Below are positions 24,412-35,831 of a stretch of 64,000 nt of DNA, piece by piece (position 1 is the first letter of the stretch; each line of letters opens with the position of its first letter). Location of the stretch: the NCBI GenBank assembly GCA_009914755.4, contig CP086569.2:11200001-11264000 (forward strand), in the 5' to 3' direction. The position numbers were made by a program, and so were the translations under genes. The notes beneath the pieces were generated by a model. It was not told the origin of the DNA. It made no database searches and saw nothing but the letters and a program-made list of their open reading frames with translations. The stretch is from the human T2T-CHM13v2.0 reference genome, Homo sapiens.

Positions 24412-24492
24412 ATTTCTTTCTTTTCACAGTATGTCCCTCTGTCACACAGGCTGTAGCATAGTGGCAGAGTCTCAGCACACATTTCTTTTCAC
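24412..24492 (-). repeat. Alu-derived HOR module type C
   Basis: tttcacagtatgtccctctgtcacacaggctgtagcatagtggcagagtctcagcacacatttcttttcacc. Confidence 0.85.
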
Positions 24493-24591
24493 CATTCCAT
24501 TCCATTTCATTCTGCTCTATTCCACTGCACTCCACTGCACCCCACTCCACTCCACCCCATTCCCTTCCATTCCACGCCATTCAATTCCATT

Positions 24592-24670
24592 CCTTTTTTT
24601 CCACAGGATCTCACTCTGTCACAAAGCCTGGAGTGCATTGGCACAATCTCAGCTCACATTTCTTTTCACC
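24592..24670 (-). repeat. Alu-derived HOR module type D
   Basis: ttccacaggatctcactctgtcacaaagcctggagtgcattggcacaatctcagctcacatttcttttcacc. Confidence 0.85.
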
Positions 24671-24882
24671 ATTCCACTCCATTCCATTCCATTCCATTCC
24701 ATTCCATTCCATTATATTCGCCTCTATTTCACTCCACTCCACTCCACTCCACTCCATTCCATTTCACTCCGTTCCATTCCATTCGACTCCATTCCACTGC
24801 ACTCCACTGCACTGCACTCCATTCCACTCCACTCCACTCCATTCCATTCCTTTCCATTACATTTCATTTCACTCCATTGCAT

Positions 24883-25022
24883 TTCATTCTTTTCTTTTGA
24901 CAGGATATCACTGTGTCCCCCAGGCTGGAGTACAGTGGCACAATCTCAGCTAACATTACATATCAGCTTTCCATTGCCTTGCATTCTATTACACTGCATT
25001 GCATTGCATTGCATTGCATTCC
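24883..25022 (-). repeat. Alu-derived HOR module type E
   Basis: ttttgacaggatatcactgtgtcccccaggctggagtacagtggcacaatctcagctaacattacatatcagctttccattgccttgcattctattacactgcattgcattgcattgcattgcattcc. Confidence 0.8.
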
Positions 25023-25070
25023 ATTCCATTCCATTCCATTCCATTCCATTCCACTGCATTCCATTCCATT

Positions 25071-25149
25071 CCTTTCTTTCGAGATTATCTCACTCTGTCA
25101 CCCAGCCTGGAGCGCAGAGGCCCAATCTCTGCTCACATTTCATTTCACC
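25071..25149 (-). repeat. Alu-derived HOR module type A
   Basis: tttcgagattatctcactctgtcacccagcctggagcgcagaggcccaatctctgctcacatttcatttcacc. Confidence 0.85.
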
Positions 25150-25343
25150 ATTCAATTCCATACCATTCCATTCCATTCCTCTCCACTCCACTCCACTCCA
25201 CTCCAGTCCATTCTACTCCACTCCACTCCATTCCAGGCCACTCCCCTCCTTTCCATTCAATCCCAATCCATTCCACTCCTTTCCACTCCACTACACTGCA
25301 CTGCACTGCATTCAATTCCATTCCACTCCATTCCATTCTATTC

Positions 25344-25421
25344 CTTTCTTTTGACAGGATCTCACTCTGTCACTCAGGCTGTTGTGGAGTGGCATCATCT
25401 CAGCTCACATTTCATTTTACC
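25344..25421 (-). repeat. Alu-derived HOR module type B
   Basis: ttttgacaggatctcactctgtcactcaggctgttgtggagtggcatcatctcagctcacatttcattttacc. Confidence 0.8.
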
Positions 25422-25540
25422 ATTCCATTCCATTCCATTGCGTTCCATTCCACTGCACTCCAATCCACTCCACTGAATTCCACTCCATTCCACCAAAATT
25501 AATTCCATTTCATGGAATTCCAATCCCTTCCATTCCACTC

Positions 25541-25617
25541 CTTTCTTTCGACAGGATCTTCCTCTGTCACACAGGCTGTAGCATAGAGGCACCATCTCAG
25601 CACACATTTCTTTTCTC
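25541..25617 (-). repeat. Alu-derived HOR module type C
   Basis: tttcgacaggatcttcctctgtcacacaggctgtagcatagaggcaccatctcagcacacatttcttttctcc. Confidence 0.85.
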
Positions 25618-25688
25618 CATTCCATTCCGTTTCATTCTGTTCCATTCTGTTCCATTCCATTCCGTTCCACTCCACTCAACTCCATTCC

Positions 25689-25735
25689 ACTCCACTCCAC
25701 TCCACTCCACTCCACTCCACTCCACTCCACTCCAT
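25689..25735. repeat. (ACTCC)~9 variant pentamer run
   Basis: ccactccactccactcc... uninterrupted. Confidence 0.8.
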
Positions 25736-25781
25736 TCCACTCCACTCCTTTGCATTCCGTTTCACTCCATTGCATTCCATT

Positions 25782-25885
25782 CCTTTCTTAGGACAGGATA
25801 TCACTGTGTCACCCAGGCTGGAGTGCAGTGGCACAACCTCAACTCACATGAAATGTCAACTTTTCATTGCATTGCATTATATTCC
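25782..25885 (-). repeat. Alu-derived HOR module type E
   Basis: ggacaggatatcactgtgtcacccaggctggagtgcagtggcacaacctcaactcacatgaaatgtcaacttttcattgcattgcattatattcc. Confidence 0.8.
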
Positions 25886-26355
25886 ATTCCATTCCATTCC
25901 ATTCCATTCAACTCCATTCCATTCCACTCCATTCCTTTCCACTCCACTCCACTCCAATCTACTACATTCCATTTCATCCAACTCCCTTCCACTCCATTCC
26001 ACTCCTCTCCATTCCACTGCACTCCCCTCGAATATATTACACTCAATCCTATTTAATTCCACTCCATTCCACTGCACTCCACTCCACTACACTTCATTCC
26101 ATTCCATTCTTTCCCATTCCATTCCTCTCCATTTCTCTCCACTCAACTTCACTCCACACCACTCCAGTCCACTTCATTCCATTCCATTCCATCCTATTCC
26201 AATCTACCCCACTCCACTTCATTTCATTGCATTCCCTTCGATCCCATTCCTTTCCTCTCCATTCCACTCCACTTCACTCCCCTATACTCCACTCCACTAC
26301 ATTCTACCCTAATCCCCTCCACTCCACTCCAAGCCACTCCACTCCATTCCATGCC

Positions 26356-26420
26356 ATTCCATTCCATTCCATTCCATTCCATTCCATTCCATTCCATTCC
26401 ATTCCATTCCATTCCATTCC
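26356..26420. repeat. Perfect (ATTCC)~13 run
   Basis: Uninterrupted attcc units directly abutting a D module. Confidence 0.85.
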
Positions 26421-26497
26421 TTTCTTTCCACCGGATCTCACTCTGTCAAAAAGGCTGGAGTTCAGTGGTATAATCTCAGCTCACATTTCTTTTCACC
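26420..26497 (-). repeat. Alu-derived HOR module type D
   Basis: ttccaccggatctcactctgtcaaaaaggctggagttcagtggtataatctcagctcacatttcttttcacc. Confidence 0.8.
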
Positions 26498-26611
26498 ATT
26501 CCATTGCTTTCCATTCCATCACGTTCCATTTTACTCTATTTCACTCCACTCCACTCCATTCCACCCTATTCCATTCCTTTCCATTCGATTTCACACCATT
26601 GCATTCCATTC

Positions 26612-26724
26612 CTTTGTTTCAAAGGGATATCACGGTGTCACCCAGACTGGAGTGCAGTGGCAGAATCTCAGGTCAAATTACATGTGAACTTTCCATTGAA
26701 TTGAATTCTATTACATTGCATTCC
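26612..26724 (-). repeat. Alu-derived HOR module type E
   Basis: caaagggatatcacggtgtcacccagactggagtgcagtggcagaatctcaggtcaaattacatgtgaactttccattgaattgaattctattacattgcattcc. Confidence 0.8.
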
Positions 26725-27017
26725 ATTCCATTCCATTCCATTCCAGTGCATTCCATTCCATTCCATTCCATTCCTTTTAATTCAATTCCATTCCTTTCCA
26801 ATCCGTTCCACTCCACTCCAATCCACCCCACTACATTCTATTACATGTGATTCCATTCCACTCCATTCCACTCCTCTCCACTCCACAGCATTCCACTCCA
26901 CTCCATTCCACTACATTCCATTCCATTCCACTCCATTCCACAGCAATCCTCTCCACCCCACTCCACTCCACTTCATTCCATTTCATCCCATTACATTCCA
27001 ATCCCTTCCATTCCACT

Positions 27018-27099
27018 CCTTTCTTTCAACAGGAACTCTCTCTGTCACACAGGCTGTAGCATAGTGGTACAATCTCAACACACATTTCTTTTCACCATT
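27018..27099 (-). repeat. Alu-derived HOR module type C
   Basis: caacaggaactctctctgtcacacaggctgtagcatagtggtacaatctcaacacacatttcttttcacc. Confidence 0.8.
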
Positions 27100-27526
27100 C
27101 CATTCCATTCCATTTCATTCCACTCCATTCCATTCCATTCCATTCTATATCGTTCCATTCCATCCACTCTACTCCACTACACCCCAGTCCATTCTGCTCC
27201 ACTCCACTCCGTTCCCCTCCATTCCGTTCCATTTCATCCACGCTACTCCACTCATTCCACTCCACTCCACTCCAATGCATTCCACTCAACTCCATCCCAC
27301 TTTGCTACACTCCACTTCATTTCATTCCATTCCATTCTGTCCCATGCCATTCCTCTCCTTTCCACTCCACTCCGCTCCTCTCCATTCCATTCCACTCCAC
27401 TCCACTCCATTCCATTCCACTGCATTCCACTCCACGCCACTCCATTCCACTCCACTCCATTCCACTCCCCTCCACTCCACTCCACTTCACTCCACTCCAT
27501 TCCATTCCACTCCACTCCATTCAATT

Positions 27527-27607
27527 CCTTTTTTTTCCACAGGATCTCACTCTGTCACAAATACTGGAGTGCAGTGGCAGAATCTCAGTGCACATTTCTT
27601 TTCACCA
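27527..27607 (-). repeat. Alu-derived HOR module type D
   Basis: ttccacaggatctcactctgtcacaaatactggagtgcagtggcagaatctcagtgcacatttcttttcacc. Confidence 0.85.
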
Positions 27608-27789
27608 TTCTATTGCATTCCTTTAAAACCCATTCCATTCCACTCTATTTCAGTCCATTCCACTCCAGTACACTCCATTACATTCCACTCCATCCCTTTC
27701 CATTAGAATCCATTCCACTCCCCTCCACTCCACTCCACTCCATTGCTTTCCGTTCCATTCCATTTCATTTCACTCCATTGCATTCCAAT

Positions 27790-27903
27790 CCTTTCTTTCA
27801 ACATGCTGTCACTGTTTCACCCAGTCTGGAGTGCAGTGGCACAATCTCAGCTCACATTACATGTCAACTTACCTTTGCATTACATTCTATTCCATTGCAT
27901 TCC
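27790..27903 (-). repeat. Alu-derived HOR module type E
   Basis: caacatgctgtcactgtttcacccagtctggagtgcagtggcacaatctcagctcacattacatgtcaacttacctttgcattacattctattccattgcattcc. Confidence 0.8.
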
Positions 27904-28215
27904 ACTGCATTCCTTTCCATTCCATTCCATTTCACTCCATTCAACTCCACTCCACTCCAGTCCATTACATTCCATTACATCAGATTCCGTTGCACTCCGT
28001 TCCACTCCTCTCCACTCCACTGCACTCCACTCCATTCCATTCCATTCCATTCCATTTCCTTCCACTCCATTCAACTTCACTCCACCCCACCCCACTCCAA
28101 TTGATTCCATTCCATTCTGTCCCGTTCCAATCCTCTCCATTCCACTCCACTCCACTTCACTCCACTCCTCTCCAGTCCACTCCATTTAATTCCATCCCCT
28201 GGGATTCCATCAGAT

Positions 28216-28297
28216 TCCTTTCTTTCGAGGGTATCTCACTCTTTCAACCACCCTGGAGCGATGTGGCACAATCTCAGCTCACATTTCATTTCACCAT
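28216..28297 (-). repeat. Alu-derived HOR module type A
   Basis: tttcgagggtatctcactctttcaaccaccctggagcgatgtggcacaatctcagctcacatttcatttcacc. Confidence 0.8.
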
Positions 28298-28462
28298 TCT
28301 ATTCCATTACATTACATTCTATTCTGTTCCACTCCACTCCACTCCATTTCACTCCACTCAACTCAACTCCACTCCACTCCATTACACTACACTACACTCC
28401 ATTCCACTCCACTGCACTGCACTCCACTCCATTCCATTCCATTTCACTCCATTGCATTCCAT

Positions 28463-28577
28463 TCCTTTCTTTAGACAGGATATCACTGTGTCACCGAGGC
28501 TGGAGTGCAGTGGCACAATCTCAGCTCACATTACATGTCAACTTTCCTTTCCATTGCGTTCTAGTCCAATGCATTCC
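28463..28577 (-). repeat. Alu-derived HOR module type E
   Basis: tagacaggatatcactgtgtcaccgaggctggagtgcagtggcacaatctcagctcacattacatgtcaactttcctttccattgcgttctagtccaatgcattcc. Confidence 0.8.
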
Positions 28578-29003
28578 ATTCCATTCCATTCCATTCCACT
28601 CCGTTCCATTCCACTCCACTCCACTCCAATCCACTACATTCCATTTCATCCAACTCTCTTCCACTCCATTCCACTCCTCTCCACTCCAGTGCGCTCCACT
28701 CCAATATATTCAACTCCATCCTATTTAATTCTGCTCCATTCCACTTCACTCCATTCCACCCCACTCCACTCTACTTCATTCCATTCCATTCCTCTCCATT
28801 CCACTCCACTCCACTTCACTCCACTCCACATCAGTCCACTTCATTCCATTCCATTCCATCCCATTGCACTCCAACCCACTCTACTCCTCTTCAATGCATC
28901 ACCTTCCATCCCATTTCTTTCCTCTCCATTCCACTCCAGTTCAATCCACTCTACTCCACTCCACTCTACTTCCCTCCTCTCCACTCCACTCCATTCCATT
29001 CCA

Positions 29004-29084
29004 TTCCTTTTTTTTCACATGACCCCGCTCTGTCAAAAAGGCTGTAGTTCAGTAGTACAATCCCATCTCACATTTCTTTTCACC
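29004..29084 (-). repeat. Alu-derived HOR module type D (diverged)
   Basis: tttcacatgaccccgctctgtcaaaaaggctgtagttcagtagtacaatcccatctcacatttcttttcacc. Confidence 0.7.
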
Positions 29085-29502
29085 ATTCCATTGCTTTCCA
29101 TTCCATCCCATTCCATTCCACTCTATTTCACTACATTCCAATCCATTTCATTCCACTCCATCCCACATCTTTCAACTCCACTCCACTTAATTCCATTCCA
29201 TTCCATCACATTCCATTCCACTACACTCCCTTCCACTCCCCTCCACTCCCCTCCACTCCCCTCCACTCCACTCTATTCCACTCCGATCCACTCCACTCCA
29301 GTCCACTCCATTCAATTCCATTTCAGTCCACTCCTCTCTACTCCATTCCACTCCACTCCATTCCACTCCACTGAATTCCCCTCCACTCCACTCCATTCTA
29401 CTCCATTCCACTTCATTCTATTCCACTCCACTCCACTCCAATCCACTCCTTTCCACTCCATTCCACTCCACTCCATTCCATGCCACTCCACTCCATTCCA
29501 TT

Positions 29503-29578
29503 CCTTTCTTTCCACAGGATCTCACTCTGTCACAAATGCTGGAGTGCAGTGGCACCATCTCAGCACATTTCTTTTCAC
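29503..29578 (-). repeat. Alu-derived HOR module type D
   Basis: ttccacaggatctcactctgtcacaaatgctggagtgcagtggcaccatctcagcacatttcttttcacc. Confidence 0.85.
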
Positions 29579-29756
29579 CATTCTGTTGTATTCCTTTCCA
29601 TCCCATTCCATTCCACTCTGTTTCACTCCATTCCACTCCACTCCACTCCATTCGGTTCCACCCCATACCTTTCCTTTCGACTCCATTCCACTCCACTCCA
29701 CTCCACTCCATTGCATTCCATTCGTTTCCATTCCATTTCACTCCATTGCATTCCAT

Positions 29757-29886
29757 TCCTTTCTTTCGACTAGCTATCACTGTGTCACCCAGGCTGGAGT
29801 GCAGTGGCACAATCTCAGCTCACATTACATGTCAACTTTCCATTGCATTGCATTCTCTTCCGTTGCCTTCCACTACATTGCATTCC
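29757..29886 (-). repeat. Alu-derived HOR module type E
   Basis: tttcgactagctatcactgtgtcacccaggctggagtgcagtggcacaatctcagctcacattacatgtcaactttccattgcattgcattctcttccgttgccttccactacattgcattcc. Confidence 0.8.
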
Positions 29887-30258
29887 ATTCCAGTCAATTC
29901 CATTCTATTCCACTCCATTCCACTCCACTGCACTACACTGCAGTACATTCCATTCCATTCATTCCATTCTACTCCATTCCACTCCACTGCACTCCACTCC
30001 ACTACATTCCATTACATCTGATTGCGTTCCACTCCATTCCACTCCTGTCCACTCCACTGCACACCACTCCCCTTTGTTCCATTCCATTCCGCACCATTCA
30101 AGTGCAGTCCACTCCACCCCACTCCATTCCACTTCATTCCATTCCAATCCATTCAGTCCCATTCCATTCCTCTCCATTCCACTCCACTCCATTTCACTCT
30201 CCTCCACTATTCTTCAGTCCACTCCATTCCATTTCATTCCACGGCATTCCATTCCATT

Positions 30259-30338
30259 CCTTTCTTTCTAGGGTATCTCACTCTATCAACCAGCCTGGAG
30301 CACTGTGGCACAATCTCAGCTCACATTTCGTTTCACCA
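30259..30338 (-). repeat. Alu-derived HOR module type A
   Basis: ttctagggtatctcactctatcaaccagcctggagcactgtggcacaatctcagctcacatttcgtttcacc. Confidence 0.8.
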
Positions 30339-30584
30339 TTCCATTCCATTCCACTCCTCTCCACTCTATTCCACACTTCTCCACTTCATTCCATTTCATC
30401 CCATTCCATTCCTCTCCATTCCACTATAGTCCACTTCACTCCACTCCACTAAAATCCACTCCAATCCATTCCATACCATTCCATTCCACTGCACTCCATT
30501 CTACTCCACTCAATTCCTCTCCGCTCCACTCCAATCTATTTCATTCCATTCCATTTCAATCCCTTCTATTCCACTCCTTCCTTT

Positions 30585-30654
30585 TGACAGGATCTCCGTC
30601 TGTCACACAGGCTGTAGCGTACTGGCACAATCTCAGCACACATTTATTTTCACC
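30585..30654 (-). repeat. Alu-derived HOR module type C
   Basis: ttttgacaggatctccgtctgtcacacaggctgtagcgtactggcacaatctcagcacacatttattttcacc. Confidence 0.85.
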
Positions 30655-31092
30655 ATTCTCTCCCATTCTCTTCCATTCCATTGCATTCCATTCCGTTCCA
30701 TTCCATTCCATTCAATTTCGTTCCACTCCACTCCACTCCACTCAACTCCATTCCACTTCACTGCACTTAACTCCACTCCATTCCATTCCACTTCACTCTA
30801 TTCCAATGCACTCTAATCCTCTCCACTCTATTGCACTCAACTCCATTCCACTCCACTGCCCTCCCCTCCACTCCATTCCACTCCACTCAATTCCAATCCA
30901 TTCCACTACAATCCACTTCCACTCCACTACAATCCACTCCATTCCACTCCACTCCATTCCACTCTACTCCACTACAATCCACTCCATTCCACTCCAGTCC
31001 ATTCCACTCTACTCCACTACAATCCACTCCATTCCACTCCACTCCATTCCATTCCACTGCATTCCATTCCATTCCTCAGCATTCCATTCCAA

Positions 31093-31173
31093 TCCTTTCT
31101 CTCGACAGTATCTCACTCTGTCACCCAGCCAGGAGTTCAGTAGCACAATCACAGCTCACATTTCATTTCATCA
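31093..31173 (-). repeat. Alu-derived HOR module type A
   Basis: tctcgacagtatctcactctgtcacccagccaggagttcagtagcacaatcacagctcacatttcatttcatc. Confidence 0.75.
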
Positions 31174-31329
31174 TTCCATTCCTTTTCATTCCATTCGTTC
31201 AATTCCATTCCATTCCACTTCACTGCACTCCACTCCATTCCACTCCACTCCACTCCACTTCCCTCCGTTCCACTCCAATCCATCCCACTCCACTCCACTA
31301 TATTCCATTCTGTTCCACTCCATTCCATT

Positions 31330-31407
31330 CCTTTCTTTCCACAGGATCTCACTCTGTCACAAAGGCTGATGTGCAGTGGCTCAATCTCAGCTCAGATTTC
31401 TTTTCAC
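31330..31407 (-). repeat. Alu-derived HOR module type D
   Basis: ttccacaggatctcactctgtcacaaaggctgatgtgcagtggctcaatctcagctcagatttcttttcacc. Confidence 0.85.
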
Positions 31408-31570
31408 CATTCCATTCCATCTTATTCCTTTCCACTCCATATCACTCCACTCCCATCCTCTCCACTCCGTTCCATTCCACTACTTCCCATTCCATCTGAC
31501 TCCATTCCACTTCACTCCACTCCATTCCATTACTTTCCATTCCGTTCTATTTCACTCCATTGCATTCCAT

Positions 31571-31675
31571 TCCTTTCCTTTGACAGGATATCACTGTGTC
31601 AGCCAGGCTGGATTCAAGTGACACAATCTCAGCTCACAGTACACGTCAGCTTTCCATTATATTGCACTCTCTTCC
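31571..31675 (-). repeat. Alu-derived HOR module type E
   Basis: tttgacaggatatcactgtgtcagccaggctggattcaagtgacacaatctcagctcacagtacacgtcagctttccattatattgcactctcttcc. Confidence 0.8.
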
Positions 31676-31739
31676 ATTTCATTCAATTCCATTCCATTCT
31701 AGTCCATTCCATTCCATTCCACTCCATTCCATTCCATTC

Positions 31740-31830
31740 CACTCCATTCATTCCATTCCATTCCATGCCATGCCATGCCATTCCATGCCATGCCATGCCA
31801 TTCCATGCCATTCCACTCTGTTCCACTCTA
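31740..31830. repeat. (CCATG)/(CCATT) mixed micro-array
   Basis: ccattccatgccatgccatgccattccatgccatgccatgccattccatgccattcc; ORF track shows MPFHAMPCHSMPCHAIPCH. Confidence 0.8.
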
Positions 31831-32089
31831 TTCCACTACACCACACCACATTCCGTTACATCAGATTCCATTCCACTCCATTCCACTCCTCTCCACTCTA
31901 CTGAACTCCACTCCACTCCATTCCACTCGATCCCATTCAATTCCACTCCATTCCCCTCTACTCCCCTCCACCCCACTCCACTCCACTTCAATCCGTTTCA
32001 TTTCATCCCATTCTATTCCTCTCCATTTCACTCCACTCCACTGCACTCCTGTCCACTGCATTCCATTCCATTTCACTGCTTTCCATTCC

Positions 32090-32170
32090 ATTCCTTTCCC
32101 TCGAGATTATCTCACTCTGTCACCCAGCCTGGAGCACAGTGGCACAATCTCAGTCCCATTTCATTTCAAC
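32090..32170 (-). repeat. Alu-derived HOR module type A
   Basis: cctcgagattatctcactctgtcacccagcctggagcacagtggcacaatctcagtcccatttcatttcaac. Confidence 0.85.
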
Positions 32171-32342
32171 ATTCCATTCCATTCCACTCCAATCCACTCC
32201 ACTCCAATCCATTCCACTCCACTCCACTCCTCTCCATTCTAGTCCACTCCACTTCTTTCCATTCCATCTAATTCCAATCCACTCCTTTCCACTCCACTCC
32301 ACTCCCCTCCATCCCGTTCCATTCCACTCCATTCCATTCCAT

Positions 32343-32421
32343 TTCTTTATTTTGACAGTATCTCACTCTGTCACCCAGGCTTGTGTGCAGTGGCACAATC
32401 TTAGCTCACATTTCGTTTCAT
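32343..32421 (-). repeat. Alu-derived HOR module type B
   Basis: ttttgacagtatctcactctgtcacccaggcttgtgtgcagtggcacaatcttagctcacatttcgtttcatc. Confidence 0.85.
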
Positions 32422-32733
32422 CATTCCATTCACTCCACTCCAATCAATTTTACTCCACTCCACTTCAAACCATTTCATTCCATTCCATTCAAATCCACTC
32501 CACTCCAGTCCGCTCCATTCAACTACACTCCACTCCACTTCACTCCATCCCATTCCACTCCACTCCATTGTACTCCACTCCACTCCAGTCCCCTCTAATC
32601 CACTCCATTCCACTCCATTCCATTCCACTCCACTCCACTTCATTGACTCCACACAACAGCACTCCATTCCACTCTACTCCCCTCTACTCCACTCCACTCC
32701 ACTCCATTCCATTTCATTCCGTTCCATTCCATT

Positions 32734-32811
32734 CCTTTCTTTCCACAGGATCTCACTATGTCAAAAAGGATGGAGTTCAGTGGTACAATCTCAGCTCACA
32801 TTTTTTTCACC
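32734..32811 (-). repeat. Alu-derived HOR module type D
   Basis: ttccacaggatctcactatgtcaaaaaggatggagttcagtggtacaatctcagctcacatttttttcacc. Confidence 0.8.
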
Positions 32812-32931
32812 ATTCCATTGCTTTCCATTTCATCCCATTCCATTCCACTCTATTTCACTCCACTCCACTCCACTCCTTTCCATTCCACTCCATTGCATTC
32901 CATTCTATTGGATTTCACACCATTGCATTCC

Positions 32932-33058
32932 ATTCCTTTCCTTAGACTGGATATCATGGTGTCACCCAGGCTGGAGTGTAGTGGCACAATCTCAGCTCGC
33001 ATTACATGTCAACTTTTCATTGCATTGCATTCTATTCCATTGCATATCATTGCAATCC
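32932..33058 (-). repeat. Alu-derived HOR module type E
   Basis: ttagactggatatcatggtgtcacccaggctggagtgtagtggcacaatctcagctcgcattacatgtcaacttttcattgcattgcattctattccattgcatatcattgcaatcc. Confidence 0.8.
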
Positions 33059-33331
33059 ATTCCAATGCATTCCATTCCATTCCATTCCTTTTCATTCAAT
33101 TCCATTCGTTTCCACTCCATTCCACTCCACTCCACTCCATTCCACTACTTTCCATTACATGTGATTCCATTGCACTCCATTCCACTCCTCTCTACTCCAC
33201 AGCACTCCACTCCACTCCATTCCACTACATCCCATTCCATTCCACTCCATTCCACTGCAATCCACAGCAACGCACTCCACTCCACTTCATTCCATTTCAT
33301 CCCATTCCATTCCATTCCCTTCCATTCAACT

Positions 33332-33411
33332 CCTTTCTTTCGACAGGATCTCTCTCTGTCACACAGGCTGTAGCGTAGTGGCACAATATCAACACACATT
33401 TCTTTTCAACA
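33332..33411 (-). repeat. Alu-derived HOR module type C
   Basis: tttcgacaggatctctctctgtcacacaggctgtagcgtagtggcacaatatcaacacacatttcttttcaac. Confidence 0.85.
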
Positions 33412-33930
33412 TTCCATTCCATTCCATTCCATTCCATTCCATTACATTCCATTCCATTGCATTCCATTACATTACATTACATTACACTCAACTCCACTCC
33501 AATCCAGTCCACTCGCCTCCAATCCAATCCATTCCACTCGCCTCCAATCCAATCCATTCCACTCCACTCCATTCCATTTCACTCCACTCAACTCTATTCA
33601 TTCCACTCCACTCCACTCCAATCCAATCCATTCCACTCCACTCCATCCCACTCCACTCCACTCCACTCTGTTCCAATCCATTCCACTCCATTCCACTCTA
33701 TTCCAGTCCACTCCACTGTTTCACTCCACTGCATTCCAATCCACTCCACTCCAGTCCACTTCACTCCATTCCATTCCACTCCACTCCATTCCACTTCGCT
33801 CCACTCCACTCCACTCCTTTCCAATCCATTCCATTGCATTCCATTACACTCAACTGCATTCCATTCCTTTCCATTCCTCTCCACAAACCTCCACTCCACT
33901 CCATTCCATTCCATTCCACTCCATTCCATT

Positions 33931-34008
33931 CCTTTCTTTCCACAGGATCTCTCTCTGTCACAAAGGCTGGAATGCAGTGACACAATCTCAGCTCACATTT
34001 CTTTACAC
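33931..34008 (-). repeat. Alu-derived HOR module type D
   Basis: ttccacaggatctctctctgtcacaaaggctggaatgcagtgacacaatctcagctcacatttctttacacc. Confidence 0.85.
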
Positions 34009-34113
34009 CATAACATTGCATTCCTTCCCATCCCTTTCCATTCCACTCTATTTCACGCCACTCCACTCCACTCCATTCTATTACATTCCATTTCACTCCA
34101 TTTAATTTCATTC

Positions 34114-34235
34114 CCTTCTTTTGACAGGATATCACTGTGTCCCCCAGGCTGGAATGCAGTGGCAAAATCTCAGCTGACATTACATGTCAACTTTCGATTG
34201 CATTTCATTGCTTCCGTTGCATTCCATTGCATTCC
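34114..34235 (-). repeat. Alu-derived HOR module type E
   Basis: ttttgacaggatatcactgtgtcccccaggctggaatgcagtggcaaaatctcagctgacattacatgtcaactttcgattgcatttcattgcttccgttgcattccattgcattcc. Confidence 0.8.
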
Positions 34236-34618
34236 TTTCCATTCCATTCCCTTCCATTCCATTCCATTGCATTCCATTCCATTCCATTCCATTCCATTCC
34301 ATTCCATTCCTTTGCACTCCATTCCACTTCACTCAACTCCACTCCACTACATTCCATTATATATTATTCCATTACACTCCATTCCACTCCTCTCTACTCC
34401 ACTGCACTTCACTCCACTCCAATCCACTCCATCCCATTTCACTCCTCTCCATTGCCCTACACTCCAGTCCACCCCACTCCTCTCCACTTCATTCCGTTCA
34501 ATTCAATCCCATTCCATTCCACTACATTCCACTCCACTCCCCATCACTCCACTCCACTCCACTCCAATCCACTCCATTACATTCCATTACATTCCATTCA
34601 ACTACATTCCATTCCATT

Positions 34619-34699
34619 CCTTTCTTTTGAGAGTATCTCACTTTGTCATCCAGGCTGGAACTTAATGGCACAATCACAGCTCACATTTTATTTCACTAT
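34619..34699 (-). repeat. Alu-derived HOR module type A
   Basis: ttttgagagtatctcactttgtcatccaggctggaacttaatggcacaatcacagctcacattttatttcac. Confidence 0.8.
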
Positions 34700-34758
34700 T
34701 CCATTCCATTCCATTCCATTCCATTCCATTCCATTCCATTCCATTCCATTCCATTCCA
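34700..34758. repeat. Perfect (ATTCC)~12 run
   Basis: Uninterrupted attcc units between two A modules. Confidence 0.85.
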
Positions 34759-34780
34759 TTCCATTCCCTTCCACTAAATT

Positions 34781-34867
34781 CCCTTCCATTTCTTTCCCTT
34801 TAGAGTACCTCACTCTGTCAACCATCCTGGAGCACAGTAGCAAATCTCAGGTCCCCTTTCATTTCAC
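34781..34867 (-). repeat. Alu-derived HOR module type A
   Basis: ctttagagtacctcactctgtcaaccatcctggagcacagtagcaaatctcaggtcccctttcatttcacc. Confidence 0.75.
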
Positions 34868-35049
34868 CATTCTATTGCATTCCATTCCACTCCACTCCTC
34901 CACTCCACTCCAATCCATTCCACTCCACTCCATTCCTCTCCATTCTAGTCCACTCCACTTCTTTCTATTCCAACTCATTCCAATCCACTCCTTTCCACTC
35001 CACTCCACTCCCCTCCATCCCATTCCATTCCCCTCCATTCCATTACATT

Positions 35050-35127
35050 CCTTTATTTTGACAGGATCTCACTCTGTCACACAGGCTTGTGTGCAGTGGC
35101 ACAATCTTAGCTCACATTTCATTTCAC
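35050..35127 (-). repeat. Alu-derived HOR module type B
   Basis: ttttgacaggatctcactctgtcacacaggcttgtgtgcagtggcacaatcttagctcacatttcatttcacc. Confidence 0.85.
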
Positions 35128-35464
35128 CATTCCATTCCATTCCATTCAATGGCATTTCGCTTCACTCCAGTCAATTTTATTCCACTCCACTCCACTCCAA
35201 ACAATTCCAGTCCATTCAATTCCAATCCACTCCACTCAACTCCAGTCTGCTCCATTCAACTCCACTCCACTCCACTTCACTCCATCCCATTCCTCTCCAC
35301 TCCATTCTCTCCACTCCACTCCAGTCCCCTCTACTCCACTCCACTCCATTCCGTTCCACTCCACTCCACTCCACTTCATTCAACTCCACTCCACTGCACT
35401 CCATTCCACTCTACTCCCCTCTACTCCACTCCACTCCATTCCATTCCATTCCATTCCATTCCAT

Positions 35465-35544
35465 TCCTTTCTTTCCACAAGATCTCACTCTGTCATAAAG
35501 GATGGATTTCCATGGTACAATCTCAGCTCACATTTCTATTCACT
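35465..35544 (-). repeat. Alu-derived HOR module type D
   Basis: ttccacaagatctcactctgtcataaaggatggatttccatggtacaatctcagctcacatttctattcac. Confidence 0.8.
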
Positions 35545-35716
35545 ATTCCATTGTGTTCAATTCCATTCTATTCCATTCCATTCCACTCTATTTCCCCTCA
35601 CTCCACTCCACTCCATTCCATTCCACTCCATCCAATTACATTAGACTCCAATCCACTCCACTCCATTCCACTCCGTTACATTACATTCCATTCGACTTCA
35701 CACCATTGCATTTCAT

Positions 35717-35831
35717 TCCTTTCTTTCGACGGGATATCACAGTGTCAACCAGGCTGGAGTGCAGTGGCACAATCTCAGCTCGCATTACATGTCATCTTTC
35801 TATTGCATTCCATTCTGTTCCGTTGCATTCC
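35717..35831 (-). repeat. Alu-derived HOR module type E
   Basis: tttcgacgggatatcacagtgtcaaccaggctggagtgcagtggcacaatctcagctcgcattacatgtcatctttctattgcattccattctgttccgttgcattcc. Confidence 0.8.
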
